Assembly (NCBI GenBank): GCA_950097015.1
Contig: CATNEN010000002.1
Span: 3,038,001 to 3,102,000, forward strand
Reading direction: 5' to 3'
DNA length: 64,000 nucleotides
From: Macrostomum hystrix
Lineage: Eukaryota > Animalia > Platyhelminthes
Position numbers and translations under genes: made by a program. Below, in pieces: positions 1 through 12,120 of the stretch. The number at the start of each line of letters is the position of its first letter. Within the stretch, counting starts at the first letter, position 1. The notes under the pieces were generated by a model, which saw only the letters and a list, made by a program, of their open reading frames with translations, was not told the DNA's origin and ran no database searches.

Positions 1-3000
1 TGACCTTGCACCGGACCGTAGAAGTCCATGCCGAGCAGCTGCCAAGGCCCGTCGGGCATTTCCGTCGGCTTTAGAGGCGTCTGGTGCACGTGCGTTGCTG
101 CTGCCTGACAGTAGATGCAGCACTTGACAAAGACTTCGCAGTCGCTGTACATTTTTGGCCACCAGACCTTGGTTTGCAGGCGCTTTAGAGTCCTGTCCGC
201 CCCGAGGTGTCCGGTGTGAGCCAGCTGCAGGATCGGCCTCCGCAGTGCCTCGGGGATGACGATGAGATCTCCACGAAGCAGGACGCCGTCGTTCTCGGTT
301 AGTTCGCTGCTGATGGACTTGAATGAGCGTTGCACCGGGCTGAGAGTGTTCCAGTTGCCGGTTCTGATCGCGCCGAGTGCGGCCTGCATTTCCGCATCAG
401 TTCTTGCAGCCTCTCTGATCTGTTGGATTGTGAAGCCCTTTGGCACGGCACCAGTTGACACAGCGTTGACGTGGGCTTCATCGAGGACCTCGCCGATGTT
501 TGGCCTCGACTCTGGCAGCGGCTGGCGGCTGAGCAGATCGGCTGGATTTGCTGGTCCCGGCCTGTACAACAGAGTAAAGCGGAGGTGCTGGATGCGGAGG
601 GCCATTCGCTCGATCCGCGGCGGCGGGCGGGACCCCGGCTTGAACAGTGGAACTAGGGGCCGGTGGTCCGTCACAACGGTGAAGTTCGGGTCGCCTGCCA
701 GGTAATGTTCGAATTTCAGGCAGGCGAACTTGATGGCCAGCGCCTCCCGCTCGATCTGCGCATACCGCTGCTCCACCGGCGACAGAGCTCTGCTGGCATA
801 GGCCACGGGACGGCTGCTGCCGTCTGGCTGCTTCTGGGTGAGAATGGCGCCGAGTCCGATCGGAGATGCGTCCACCAGGAGCTCCGTGTGCCGCTTGCGA
901 TCGAAGAATGCTAGCGTGTCGGCGTTGGCAATCGCACTTTTGATGCTGTTGAATGCCTTGGTGTGGCTGGCGGTCCAATCCCACGGCTGGCCCTTTTTAG
1001 TCAGTTGGCGCAGCGGGGCTGACACGTCAGCGTATCCAGAAATGAACTTCGCCAGAAAGTTTGCTGTGCCAAGGAATGACCGTATTTCTGAGACATTGGC
1101 GGGCTGCCGGAAGTCCTGCATTGCTTGGATCTTCTCGGCAGCTGGTTGGATGCCCTTGGCTGACAGATGCATTCCGAGGAAGTCGACTGCTGGCTTGGCG
1201 AACTTGCACTTGTCTTTGTTCAACGTGATGCCAAACTCGCGGAGGCGTTGAAGACATACATTCAGTCTTTCATGATGTTGTTTGATATCTGCGGCGTACA
1301 CGATGACATCGTCGTGGACCCACCTGACGCCGTCGATGCCGCTGAGGATGCCTAGCATAACCCGTTGAAGGATTTCTGAGGCGTTGGTAAATCCCATGCT
1401 CAGCGGCTTCAGTCGCATCAGTCCGAGCGGCGTGCTGAATGTGAACAGATATCGGCTGTCTTCGTGCACGGGGATCTGATAGAAAGCTTTCCGGATGTCA
1501 AGCTCGCTGAAAAGCTTGGCTCCAGACATCTCCTCGGTGACTTCGTCCAGTGTCGGGATCTGCTGCTTTTCCGGAACAACGAAGGCGTTCAGGTCGCGAA
1601 GGTCTTGGCAGAGCCTGACGCCGCCGTCCGCCTTGGGCACTACGACCATGCGTGCCACCCAGGCGCTGGGTCCCTTGACTGCTTCGATGATATCCTGTCG
1701 CTCCAATTCCTTCAGCTCGTCCACCACGGTTGCTCTTAGATGCGCCGCTACCCGGGAAGGCGCGTGGCAGACTGGAACGGCGTCGCCTGACAGCTGCACT
1801 TTCACCTGGACGCCCTTGATGCATCCGATGCCTTCGAAGACTTCTCTGTGACGGTGCAGGATGTCTTGCAGCTGCGGTGACAGGCTCGCTGTGCTGTTTG
1901 AGTGCACGGCTTCCGTCCCGCTCGAATCGGGGCGCTGGATTTTGAGCACTCCGAGTCTGAATGCGGGCTCGCGACCGAGAATCGTCAGGCCGTCACCATC
2001 CATGATGTAGAACGGAATGACAGTGCTGGCTGATCCAACGTGGACTTGTAAGTCGGAGACACCAAGGATCTTCAGCGGTGAAGCGCAACCGTAGGCTCGC
2101 ACCTCGGATTTTGGAGCTCGCAGATGCGGCCGGCTGAGCGTCTTGAAGGTGCATTTGCTCATAATGCTGCAGCTAGCTCCGCCATCAATCATCATCGAGA
2201 GCTGCTGATCTCCCACTTGGACTTTCAGCGAGACGTCGGGCGGATAGATGCCTTCCCTGTGTAGTGTGAACACGTCTTGGCTGGAGGTGTCTCCAGGAGC
2301 TGTACTGTATGCGTTGGCGTGAATCTGCTGTTGGACTCTGTTGCTGCTTAACCGCGGCTGGCGGCAGGCCTTTGCTAGGTGGTTTGGCTTGCCACAGTTG
2401 TGGCAGATTTTGTCCTTGGCTGCGTCACAGGAAGCGTGGCCGCGCTCGCCGCAGCGGTAGCAGGTCTGTGACTGGCTCTGCCTGGCCTCGCTGTGTGGTC
2501 TGCGTTTGTCTGACGCTGTTTGGCTTCTATTGGCCACGCTGGCCACCTGCGACTCGGTGGTCTTCTCCATCTCAGCAGCCTGTTCTTCCGCAGCTTCGAA
2601 TGCTCTGGCCTTCCGCAGCGCGTCTTCCAGTGAGATGTTTGCTTCCTGGAGCAGCCGTCTGCGCAGCTTGTCGGAGGTGCATGTAGCAACAAGTTGGTCT
2701 CGGATGAGGGAGTCGCGTAAGTCGCCGAATTCACATGGTTCAGCAGCCGTCCGCAGTCTGCTGTACCAAGCTTCGATTTTCTCACCAGATTGTTGAACAC
2801 ACAGACGGAACTGGTATCGAGCGTAAACGGTGTTCTTTCTATCGTCGAAGTGTTGCTTCAGCCCCTTGAAGATTGTCTGCAGTGTGTGCTCCTGCTCCTG
2901 GCCGTCGGCGTCAGACCTGGGCTTTGGTAGTTCCCGAATGATGTCCGAGACTTCCTTTCCGGCCGTGTAGCAGAGCAGCTTGCATTTTTGGTTTTCATTG

Positions 3001-3131
3001 GCAATTGCAGATGCCTCAATAAAGTCTGCGAATCGCGCTGACCATTCGTTCCAACGTTTGCCTGCGTTGTGCGGGTCGTGAGTAATGAGAAATGGCTCGG
3101 GTGGAGGTAGAGAAACGTAGCTTGTGGCCAT
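1..3131 (-). CDS. Gag-Pol polyprotein, 5' part (ATG at 3131, runs off the window)
   Basis: Same reading frame as the 58250..62059 ORF (MATSYVSLPPPEPF...); protease motif reads IDGGAS here. Confidence 0.85.
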   Translation of the reverse strand, partial: MATSYVSLPPPEPFLITHDPHNAGKRWNEWSARFADFIEASAIANENQKCKLLCYTAGKEVSDIIRELPKPRSDADGQEQEHTLQTIFKGLKQHFDDRKNTVYARYQFRLCVQQSGEKIEAWYSRLRTAAEPCEFGDLRDSLIRDQLVATCTSDKLRRRLLQEANISLEDALRKARAFEAAEEQAAEMEKTTESQVASVANRSQTASDKRRPHSEARQSQSQTCYRCGERGHASCDAAKDKICHNCGKPNHLAKACRQPRLSSNRVQQQIHANAYSTAPGDTSSQDVFTLHREGIYPPDVSLKVQVGDQQLSMMIDGGASCSIMSKCTFKTLSRPHLRAPKSEVRAYGCASPLKILGVSDLQVHVGSASTVIPFYIMDGDGLTILGREPAFRLGVLKIQRPDSSGTEAVHSNSTASLSPQLQDILHRHREVFEGIGCIKGVQVKVQLSGDAVPVCHAPSRVAAHLRATVVDELKELERQDIIEAVKGPSAWVARMVVVPKADGGVRLCQDLRDLNAFVVPEKQQIPTLDEVTEEMSGAKLFSELDIRKAFYQIPVHEDSRYLFTFSTPLGLMRLKPLSMGFTNASEILQRVMLGILSGIDGVRWVHDDVIVYAADIKQHHERLNVCLQRLREFGITLNKDKCKFAKPAVDFLGMHLSAKGIQPAAEKIQAMQDFRQPANVSEIRSFLGTANFLAKFISGYADVSAPLRQLTKKGQPWDWTASHTKAFNSIKSAIANADTLAFFDRKRHTELLVDASPIGLGAILTQKQPDGSSRPVAYASRALSPVEQRYAQIEREALAIKFACLKFEHYLAGDPNFTVVTDHRPLVPLFKPGSRPPPRIERMALRIQHLRFTLLYRPGPANPADLLSRQPLPESRPNIGEVLDEAHVNAVSTGAVPKGFTIQQIREAARTDAEMQAALGAIRTGNWNTLSPVQRSFKSISSELTENDGVLLRGDLIVIPEALRRPILQLAHTGHLGADRTLKRLQTKVWWPKMYSDCEVFVKCCIYCQAAATHVHQTPLKPTEMPDGPWQLLGMDFYGPVQG

Positions 3132-3165
3132 GCCCCGCGTTGGCTGCGATGGCTTGCGATGCCAC

Positions 3166-3395
3166 TGTAGGAACTGAGAAATGCGACTGTTTGTAGTCGA
3201 TAGCCGAAATGTCACAAGAGCGATTTCAATGCGATTCAGTATATTTTATAACAGCCGAGTTGAGCTGGGGTGGCGGCTAAAGCCGCACCCCGTACATCAG
3301 TTAACGTGCGTGCTAAGGGGGGTAGAAAGGTGGCAGAGAGAAAGACGCAGAACGCCGCCAACCCCACGCACGCGTGACGGCTGGCGCCGCCTACA
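3166..3395 (-). repeat. 5' LTR (230 bp, TGTAGG...CCTACA termini)
   Basis: Matches 62094..62323 and 57656..57884; TG..CA ends; followed on the minus strand by a PBS-like TGGCATCGC. Confidence 0.92.
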
Positions 3396-3570
3396 ATTCT
3401 CTCCCCACTCCATTCTCTCCTCACTCTCTATTTTCTCCCCACTCTCCATTTTCTCCCCACTCTCCATTTTCTCCCCACTCTTTCTTCTCTCCCCACTCCA
3501 TTCTCTCCCCACTCTCCATTTTCTCCCCACTCTCCATTTTCTCCCCACTCTATTCTCTCCCCATTGCTCT
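3396..3570. repeat. ~18-bp pyrimidine-rich minisatellite (CTCCCCACTCTCCATTTT)
   Basis: Tandem units visible; the same family lies at 57460..57655 and 62324..62480. Confidence 0.9.
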
Positions 3571-4389
3571 TTTTCCAGATTGTGTGGACTCTGGCAGCAT
3601 TATTTTATTTTATTTCCATTTTCCCGTGAGGAAATCGAATTTAATTTTGTCCGTGTGCGTACTGTACTACATGTGCGAATTCTTTTAGCAGTGTTATTTT
3701 CCAATTAGTTATACTCTTGAGCACACTCTGAGAGTACTAGGCACTGCCGTGTTTATTTTCTAACTTTTTAAACTTTTATTTTCTTGGTTCCAGTGCGTTT
3801 TTTTACTTGAGCTGCCTCTTCGTTTCTGTAAAATTCTTCAGCGAGATCAACTTTACAAATTTCCGACGGATATGTTTGAGCTGGTACAGTGCGTTGAGCA
3901 GTAGGCGCGTTTTTCTGCGGCCATTTCTTCCTGTCTGCGGACAGGAGAAAACCGATGCCATTGTGCCTACTTACCTAGTAGTGGCATTAGTATTTTGAAA
4001 CCGACTGTTCGTATTTTTTCCATTGCGATTTTTATTTTACAAATCTAATCCCAATTTTAGTCCCAATTTTTCAGCTGTTTTTTCTAAATGCTAGCCGTCA
4101 ACTAATTACAAATGTATCTTTGCTCAATTCAGAGTGTGTGCATGCGTGCCAGACCCAATGCTATTCCCATTTTGTCGAACTGTCCTAGCTGCCATTATTC
4201 GCCAGTTCGTATTTCCTTAGTCTTTTATTTTTCCAATTCAGCCTAATTCTGATTTACAGTATTTTTATTCACCTTCCTACAAGTAGTAAACGACTTGAAG
4301 TCAATCCTAATTTGCTTAAAACTTCTGGTTTGATTATGAAAACATTTCTGTGAAAAGTCTAACACAATAATTTCTTTCCTTTTATTCGG

Positions 4390-4875
4390 TTACCCGGATT
4401 GGACACCAACCCGTACCCTTCGCCCGAAAACTGACCCGGATTGGACACCAATCCGTACTCTGCACGGAAACTGACCCGGATTGGACACCAATCCGTACTC
4501 TTTGCACGGAAACTGACCCGGATTGGACACCAATCCGTACTCTTTGCAAGGAAACTGACCCGGATTGGACACCAATCCGTACTCTTCGCCCGAAAACTGA
4601 CCCGGATTGGACACCGATCCGTACTCTTCGCCCGAAAACTGACCCGGACTGGACACCAACCCGTACCCTTCGCCCGAAAACTGACCCGGATTGGACACCA
4701 ACCCGTACTCTTCGCCCGAAAACTGACCCGGATTGGACACCAATCCGTATTCTGCACGGAAACTGACCCGGATTGGACACCAATCCGTACTCTTTGCACG
4801 GAAACTGACCCGGATTGGACACCAATCCGTACTCTTTGCACGGAAACTGACCCGGATTGGACACCAATCCGTACT
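4390..4875. repeat. 42-bp minisatellite with internal palindrome (CGGATTGG-ACA-CCAATCCG)
   Basis: About 11-12 units of CCCGGATTGGACACCAATCCGTACTCTTTGCACGGAAACTGA, some 40 bp; explains the repetitive ORFs at 4359..5008. Confidence 0.92.
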
Positions 4876-5101
4876 CCGATCCGGTGTTTCGTCCCGGAAC
4901 GTTTTTAGCTGATCCGGCTACCAGTTTCGGAACGAAAAAAGTATGAACGGCCGGATCACGAACGAAATCCAGAGTACATTGTAAACTTTCGTCACTTTTT
5001 CGAGCCAATTTACCGGATCACAATACATTACAGAATAGGAAAAATTTCCGGGTGAAGACAAAAATTTCCGGGCCAAGTTTCCGGGCGAATTTTTTGACGG
5101 G

Positions 5102-5358
5102 AGGGCTGGTTCTTCTAATCTACCATAGACTACTAGTCAGGGCTGGTTCTACTAATCTACCATAGACTACTAGTCAGGGCTGGTTCTACTAATCTACCAT
5201 AGACTACTAGTCAGGGCTGGTTCTACTAATCTACCATAGACTACTAGTCAGGGCTGGTTCTACTAATCTACCATAGACTACTAGTCAGGGCTGGTTCTAC
5301 TAATCTACCATAGACTACTAGTCAGGGCTGGTTCTACTAATCTACCATAGACTACTAT
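5102..5358. repeat. 37-bp minisatellite in POLD1 intron 7
   Basis: About 7 copies of AGGGCTGGTTCTACTAATCTACCATAGACTACTAGTC. Confidence 0.92.
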
Positions 5359-5423
5359 TCAGATTTAACATAGATTAACTAGATAAAGATGCACCGCGAT
5401 CTTCATCAGCAATAGATCCTCAC

Positions 5424-8400
5424 CAACTGGGAGATGTCAACCCGATTGCAGAGCAGATCGCTGATAACAGATTTGGCATGCTGTACAGCTCCATCAGGAT
5501 CTCGATCGATGAGTATCTTATGAAGGCAGGCATTGACAAGATTAGCAACTAGGGGACTGTTGTCTCGGCGAACTGTCTCGATGCCTTTGCAGTCCATCTT
5601 GTCGTGCTTGTCTGGCTTAGTAAAGTACAGACCAGCGTAGCTGAAGCAAGTTTAGAGAAATACTTTGGGACTTGTAATATGGGATTTATGTGGTAACACT
5701 TAAAAGAATGTGTTTGAATATGAGTCCTTTGAGAATGCCAGGAGTAAAAGTGTCATCAGTATGAGTGTCATGAGTACGATTGTGTCAGGAGTACGATTGT
5801 GTCAGGAGTACAATTGTGTCAGGAGTACGATTGTGTCATGAGTATGATTGTGTCATGAGTACAATTGTGTCATGAGTACAATTGTGTCATGAGTACAATT
5901 GTGTCATGAGTACGATTGTGTCATGAGTATGATTGTGTCATGAGTACAATTGTGTCATGAGTACAATTGTGTCATGAGTACAATTGTGTCATGAGTACAA
6001 TTGTGTCATGAGTACAATTGTGTCATGAGCATGATTGTGTCATGAGTATGATTGTGTCACGAGTATGAGTAATATGAGCACAAAATTCATAAGAACAGAA
6101 ATGAATTCAGGCCCCAATAAAATGCTCACCGCTTCTTATTAATGAGCAGGTAGGGGCAGTAGACCTTCTCAAACTCCAGTTTAATTGGTGGCGGAAATTT
6201 AGCGCTAATATATTCGGCCGCCTCTCTGCCCAGTTTCATAGCATCGGCCACCGTGGCAACACTGAAGCGACACATCACAGAGTCCGTGTCGCCGTAGATC
6301 ACCTTGGCGTCGTGAGCGTAACCATTGGCAACGGTGTAGCGCTCCTCAACGTAGCGCTTAGTTTCCATGATCATGACTCGGCCGAAGGCTGTGACACTGG
6401 ATGAAATGTCCAGGCAGGGCAATTTGCCAACCTGGGCGCCGGTGAAGCCGTAGACTGAGTTGGCGCTGATTTTCAACGCCAGCTGGCGACCATCAAGCAC
6501 CTAGCAGCAGGTTAATGTTTTTTAGCCTTATCTATTAGGAAAATAAACTGCACAGAACTTCTACTTGCTGAGGGAATTAGGGTGCTAAGGGAGAATAATA
6601 TTATTCTCTGTTAGGAAATAAACTACGCAAAACTGTATTTGCTACTTATAGTAGAATTAGGGTGCTGTGGGAGCTTGTAGATCGGGAGTTAGATTCTTAT
6701 CCCTATAAGGAATTTGTATCCTTAAGTAAGACACCCACTTCCTACTTCACTAGTGCTTCAGTTCACCCAGTTGTAAAATGGATGCCAGCATCAGTTGGGT
6801 TAGACCAGGGGTCGGCAAACTTATTAGCTAGCGGGCCAAAGAGAGAACCTAATAGATCACAGTGACTGTATTGACTGTAGAAATTTGAGACAGGGGAGAG
6901 ACGAGACAGGGGAGAGATGAAGCAGGCGAGAGATGAAACAGGGGAAAGATAAGACATGGGAGAGACGAGACAATGGAGAGATGGGACAGGGGACAGATAA
7001 GCCAGGGGAGAGATGAGACAGGGGAGAGATAAGACAAAGGAGAGATGAGACAGGGGAGAGATAAGACAGGGGAGAGATGAGACAGGGGAGAGATGAGACA
7101 GGGGAGAGATGAGACAGGGGAGAGATGAGACAGGGGAGAGACAAGACAATGGAGAGATAAGAAACGGAGAGATAAGACAGGATACTATTGGTGTCGGAAG
7201 GGGGCAACGGGTTGGATTTGGGAGCTTCGAGGGCCGCATCTGGCCGGCGGGCCGGAGTTTGCCGACCCTTGGGTTAGACATTATGGTGGGTGTGGCGGCA
7301 GAAAAAATAGAATAACTTTCTATCATTTCTACTAGCAGTAGGCAACTCAGGAAAACAATACAAAGCAATTAAAAACCGGCCACTCACTCGCTTCTTAAAC
7401 TCGTCCGTCTCATTCTTTAGATCGTCTTTCGCTCTCTTCCTAGCGTTGAGCAGTTGCTCAAGAATCTCTGGCAGTAGGCCTTTCCTAACGTCGCGTTTAA
7501 CAAAGTATGAGCCGCATGGTGTCTTGATGTACTCATCCGGCTGGAGATTGTACCTGGCGATGGAGGCCTGGTCTAGCAGGGTTGTGTAGCAAAGATTATG
7601 CGCCATCATGATCGACGGATACAGGGAAGAGAAATCCAGAGTGGCTATGGGGGTGGTGTAGTAGCCTTTGACAGGCTCAATCACAGTAGCGCCTGTGTAC
7701 TCATCGCCCTGCTCAACCTTCTGGGTGGGCAGAAGCAGATCCTGCTCCTTGGCTTTGCGCAGCAGCTGGGAGATCACTTTCACCTGGGAATAGTGTGTAG
7801 GATACGATATATGAGATGCTTAACACAGGTGCAGTGTAGTGTATTGAAGACACTTTGACAAGAAAGTACGCTTATAAATAGAATATAGAAATACTCATCT
7901 CAACATAGAAATGGTTTATATCAACATAGAAATGGTTTATATCAATACAGAAATGGCACATCTTAACACAGAAATGGCGAATTTCAAAATAGAAATGGTA
8001 CATCTTAGTATAGAAATGGCTTATCTCAAAATAGAAATGGCACATCTCAATATAGAAATGGCACATCTCAATATAGAAATGGCTTATCTCAAAATAGAAA
8101 TGGCACATCTCAATATAGAAATGGCACATCTCAATATAGAAATGGCACATATCAAAATAGAAATGGCTCATCTCAATATAGAAATGGCACATCTCAATAT
8201 AGAAATGGCACATATCAAAATAGAAATGGCACATCTCAATATAGAAATGGCACATCTCAATATAGAAATGGCACATATCAAAATAGAAATGGCTCATCTC
8301 ATTATAAAAATGGCAAATCTAAAAATAGAAATGGCAAATCTAAAAATTTAAATGAATTTGAAATGAAAGAAATGAATAAATTGAAATTGAATTTTAGTAT

Positions 8401-11400
8401 AGAAATGGCTTATCTCAATACAGAAATGGCACATCTTAGAATAGAAATGGCACATCTCAAAATAGAAATGGCACATCTCAATATAGAAATGGCACATCTT
8501 AGTGGCACGGCTCAAAACAGAAATGGCAAATCTCAAAATAGAAATGGCACATCTCAAAATAGAAATGGCTCATCTCATTATAAAAATGGCAAATCTAAAA
8601 ATAGAAATGGCAAATCAAAAAATTGAAACGAAAAAATGAATAAATTGAAATTTATTCTATGTAGAAATGGCTTATATCAATACAGAAATGGCACATCTTA
8701 GTATGGAAATGGCACATCTCAAAATATAAATGGCACATCTTAATATAGAAATGGCACATCAAAAAACTGAAATGGCACATGTGAATATAGAAATGGCACA
8801 TTTCAATATAGAAATGCCATATCACAAAACAGAAATGGCACATCTCAATATAGAAATGGCACACCCCAGACAAGGAACCACAAGCACATACCTGCTGGCC
8901 CCTAGACAGCAGAAAGGTGAGCGGCACGCCAGTAACTCTGGCCATCTCCATATAGTTCACAAGGCACATGAGCTTGTCCATGAGACGCAATGGTAGGTAG
9001 GCATCTTTCAGACAGTAGACAGCCAGCCTTCGCCTAGTCTGCTCGTTGCCATTCTGCAAGTCGGTGATGATAGAGTGCTGCACATCCTCTTTTTGTTCGT
9101 GCAGGAAATGATAAGAAACCGCATTGAGCGAGTAGCTGCGCAGTTTGTAGTCTCTGAATAGGATCTGCAGCAAGTCCAGCTGTACCCGGCCCTCCATATT
9201 AACCCACTTGTTCTCTCGGCGGCCCATCTGTTTAGACTGAATCTGAGCCTCCCGAATGCTGGACTTGGCGCCGGCGATGCGGCCCAGGAATGGAAACTGC
9301 TGCACTTTTAGTGTTGCCGCCCGCTTCAGCAGGTAGGGCATATCAAAGTTCTGGATGTTGTAGCCGGTGATCACGTCTGGATCTACGTCGCGAACGAATG
9401 CCGACCAGGCTGCTAGAAGCTCCTGTTCTGTCTTGAAGGACAGCACCTGGAGGGCAGAGAGGAGGTTGTTGGGATCTGGTAGATTAGTAATGGGATCTGG
9501 TAGATTATTGTTGGGATCTGGTAGATTATTGATGGGATCTGGTAGAATTTTGATGGGATCTGGTAGATTAGTAATGGGATCTGGTAGATAATTGATAGGA
9601 TCTGGTAGATTGGTGATGGGATCTGGTAGATAAGTGATGGGATCTGGTAGATTATTGTTGGGAACTGGTAGATTATTGAGGGGATCTGGTAGATTAGTAA
9701 TGGGATCTGGTAGATTATTGATGGGATCTGGTAGATTGGCGATAGGATCTGGTAGATAAGTGATGGGATCTGGTAGATAAGTGATGGGATCTGGTAGATA
9801 AGTGATGGGATCTGGTAGATAAGTGATGGGATCTGGAAGATAAGTGATGGGATCTGGAAGATAAGTGATGGGATCTGGTAGATAAGTGATGGGATCTGAC
9901 AGATGGGATGGGATTTCTAGAATGGATTTTAGAGTTGGTGCTGGGTTCCGGAGAGTTAAATTTGCGATCTAAATGTATCTCTTACCTGAGATCCGACAAT
10001 GGAGGCGCAGGTGCCCAGAGTGAAGACATTCCTAATAAACGGATCAGTTTCGCCATGTCGCACAACCATGTTGGCAATCTGAATCACCGGGTCGCGCTCC
10101 GGCTCTGGGAAGACTCCGCGCCTGCCGGCGCACTCGATGTCGAAGCTCAGAATGCGCAGCGGCGCCACCTTACTCCAGATGCCCTCGGCCGGGTGGGCGA
10201 CAACGTCGGACCAGACCGCAACATCGGCTTCCAGCTGGCAGCGAGACTGCGGAGCCAGACGATTTTCTTTCTCGCGCAGAGTGTACTTGCCGGCCGGCAG
10301 TTCTACCTGAAAAAGATGGAAATTGTTTGACGATATTAATCACGTTATGTGCTACTGAATTCAGCATTATAAGTAGAATGTTGCGGAAAACTCGGTTATA
10401 ATATAAGGGACAATGCAAAATCTTGATGGTAAAAGAAGAGGGATAAGAAGATTTAGAAACGGAGCCTGAAGGAAAAGACAGTGAGCCTAAAGGAATGGAC
10501 AGTGAGCCTGAAGGAATGGACAATGAGCCTGAAGGAATGGCCGGTGAGCCTGAAGGAAAAGCCGCTTACCCAGCAGCAGCCAACCAGTCCAGTATCAGCC
10601 ATGAAGCGGATCTCAAAGTCAATATTAGCTTCAAACAGGCTGAAGTGATGGGAGCCGCGGCCTGACTGCCAGCTGAAGCCCTGCTCAAGCAGCCGCTTTG
10701 CCGGGGCCATCAGGCGCTGAAGAGCAACGGTGATGCGAATGAAGGCCTGTTTGCGATTTCTATGAAATCCGTAGATACTCTCTTTGTCAACTAGTCGAAC
10801 AGCTACAACAGCTTCAACGATGCCTTCCCGATTTCCGCGCAGATCTTTGAGCACAGCCTGGTTGAGTGCCTGACGAAACGGATGACAGTCGGCTGGACTG
10901 AAGCCCTCCGGCGCAGGGACAAAAAAGTACGGATAGAATCCGTGCACATGTACTAATACGGAGTGCCCGGTCTCTGTTATGCCGTACATGCGAACTACGG
11001 GACTGGCGCCTGAGCTGCTGCTGCTGTTGCTGCTGGCTGGCAGGGTGTAGCAGTCCAAATCCATCTGCTGGAATATCAGCGGTTGAGTAGCAGGATCGTG
11101 AGCATTGGCCAAAGCTGATCGGCGCCATTTTTTAGCGTCTGCTCCGGCTGCGGCCGCGGCTGCAGACGCAGCGTCGGCGTCGATGACGGCAGCATCCGCG
11201 GCGTCGGCTTCAGCTGCGTCGGCCTCCTCTTCGAACATGGCCAGCTCCTGGGGATGATGATTAGGGCGCATTTTATGAGGGCACATTATTATTTTTGTTA
11301 CCGATTCCAGGCCACAAGCACGGTTTATGACCAATTCCAGACAACGAGCATGGTCTATGACCAATTCTAGTCAGCAAGCATGGTCTATGACCAATTCCAG

Positions 11401-11975
11401 ACAACGAGCATGGTCTATGACCAATTCTAGTCAGCAAGCATGGTCTATGACCAATTCTAGTCAGCAAGCATGGTCTATGACCGATTCTAATCAGCAAGGA
11501 TGGTCTATGACCGATTCTAATCAGCAAGGATGGTCTATGACCGATTCTAATCAGCAAGGATGGTCTATGACCGATTCTAATCAGCAAGGATGGTCTATGA
11601 CCGATTCTAATCAGCAAGGATGGTCTATGACCGATTCTAATCAGCAAGGATGGTCTATGACCGATTCTAATCAGCAAGGATGGTCTATGACCGATTCTAA
11701 TCAGCAAGCATGGTCTATGACCGATTCTAGTCAGCAAGCATGGTGACCAATGACCTATAACCATTGATCGATTGAGCAAAGCTCACCTGCTCAAACGTGG
11801 ACCTGCCGTAATCTCCGTCGCTACCACCACCGTCGTCATCATCGTCATTGAATCGGCGCCGCTTAGCAGCCGCGGCAGCGCCAGCCGAGGAAGACCCGGA
11901 GGCGGCGTGCTTTGATGCGGACGACCCACCACGACCGCCGCCGCCACTTCCGGTTGGAAAACGACGACCGGACAT
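5424..11975 (-). CDS. POLD1: DNA polymerase delta catalytic subunit, exons 1-7 (3' exons not in window)
   Basis: Exons 11787..11975, 10570..11247, 9986..10306, 8892..9446, 7388..7783, 6130..6500, 5424..5640; all GT-AG and phase-consistent (~909 codons). Motifs [53 protein letters not shown]. Confidence 0.96.
5775..6065. repeat. 17-bp minisatellite in POLD1 intron 6
   Basis: About 17 copies of GAGTACAATTGTGTCAT. Confidence 0.9.
6655..6805 (+). mobile_element. Degenerate CORE-type SINE fragment
   Basis: GTATCCTTAAGTAAGACAC...TGCTTCAGTTCACCCAGTTGTAAAATGG matches the body of the SINE at 47766 and resembles the MIR/CORE block. Confidence 0.6.
6806..7271. mobile_element. Non-autonomous hAT (Charlie/Buster-like) MITE
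   Basis: TIRs CAGGGGTCGGCAAACT / AGTTTGCCGACCCTTG; perfect 8-bp TSD GGTTAGAC (6798..6805, 7272..7279) with central TA. Confidence 0.9.
6888..7175. repeat. 16-bp purine-rich minisatellite inside the hAT MITE
   Basis: GAGACAGGGGAGAGAT units. Confidence 0.88.
7895..8870. repeat. 21-bp minisatellite in POLD1 intron 4 (three blocks)
   Basis: ATAGAAATGGCACATCTCAAT units separated by duplicated AATGAATAAATTGAAATT spacers. Confidence 0.92.
9472..9900. repeat. 21-bp minisatellite in POLD1 intron 3
   Basis: About 20 copies of GATGGGATCTGGTAGATAAGT. Confidence 0.92.
10463..10558. repeat. 21-bp minisatellite in POLD1 intron 2
   Basis: About 5 copies of GAGCCTGAAGGAATGGACAGT next to the donor. Confidence 0.85.
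11325..11745. repeat. 30-bp minisatellite in POLD1 intron 1
   Basis: About 14 copies of TCTATGACCGATTCTAATCAGCAAGGATGG. Confidence 0.92.
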
Positions 11976-12120
11976 GACAAATGATTTTAGCAAATGGTTT
12001 GTCTGGCGCAAATATTACACAGCTGAGGGATGACACAGAAGAGATGATAGAGCTGAAAATAATGGTATTTCATACTGTCTTACCAGACAGAGCAAGAAAA
12101 TAACTATTGTACCCGATAAA

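Larger units (their letters stand above)
1..3395 (-). mobile_element. Ty3/Gypsy (Mag-like) LTR retrotransposon, partial copy cut by the window edge (5' LTR, gag, PR, RT, RNase H, start of IN)
   Basis: Near-identical to 58929..62323 (offset 58928); 5' LTR at 3166..3395; flanked by ATTCT at 3396..3400. Confidence 0.95.

Noticed and set aside
5424-11975. Polinton/viral family-B polymerase next to an integrase
   Set aside because: It is a spliced cellular Pol delta, and the integrase belongs to a self-contained Gypsy element with its own LTRs.
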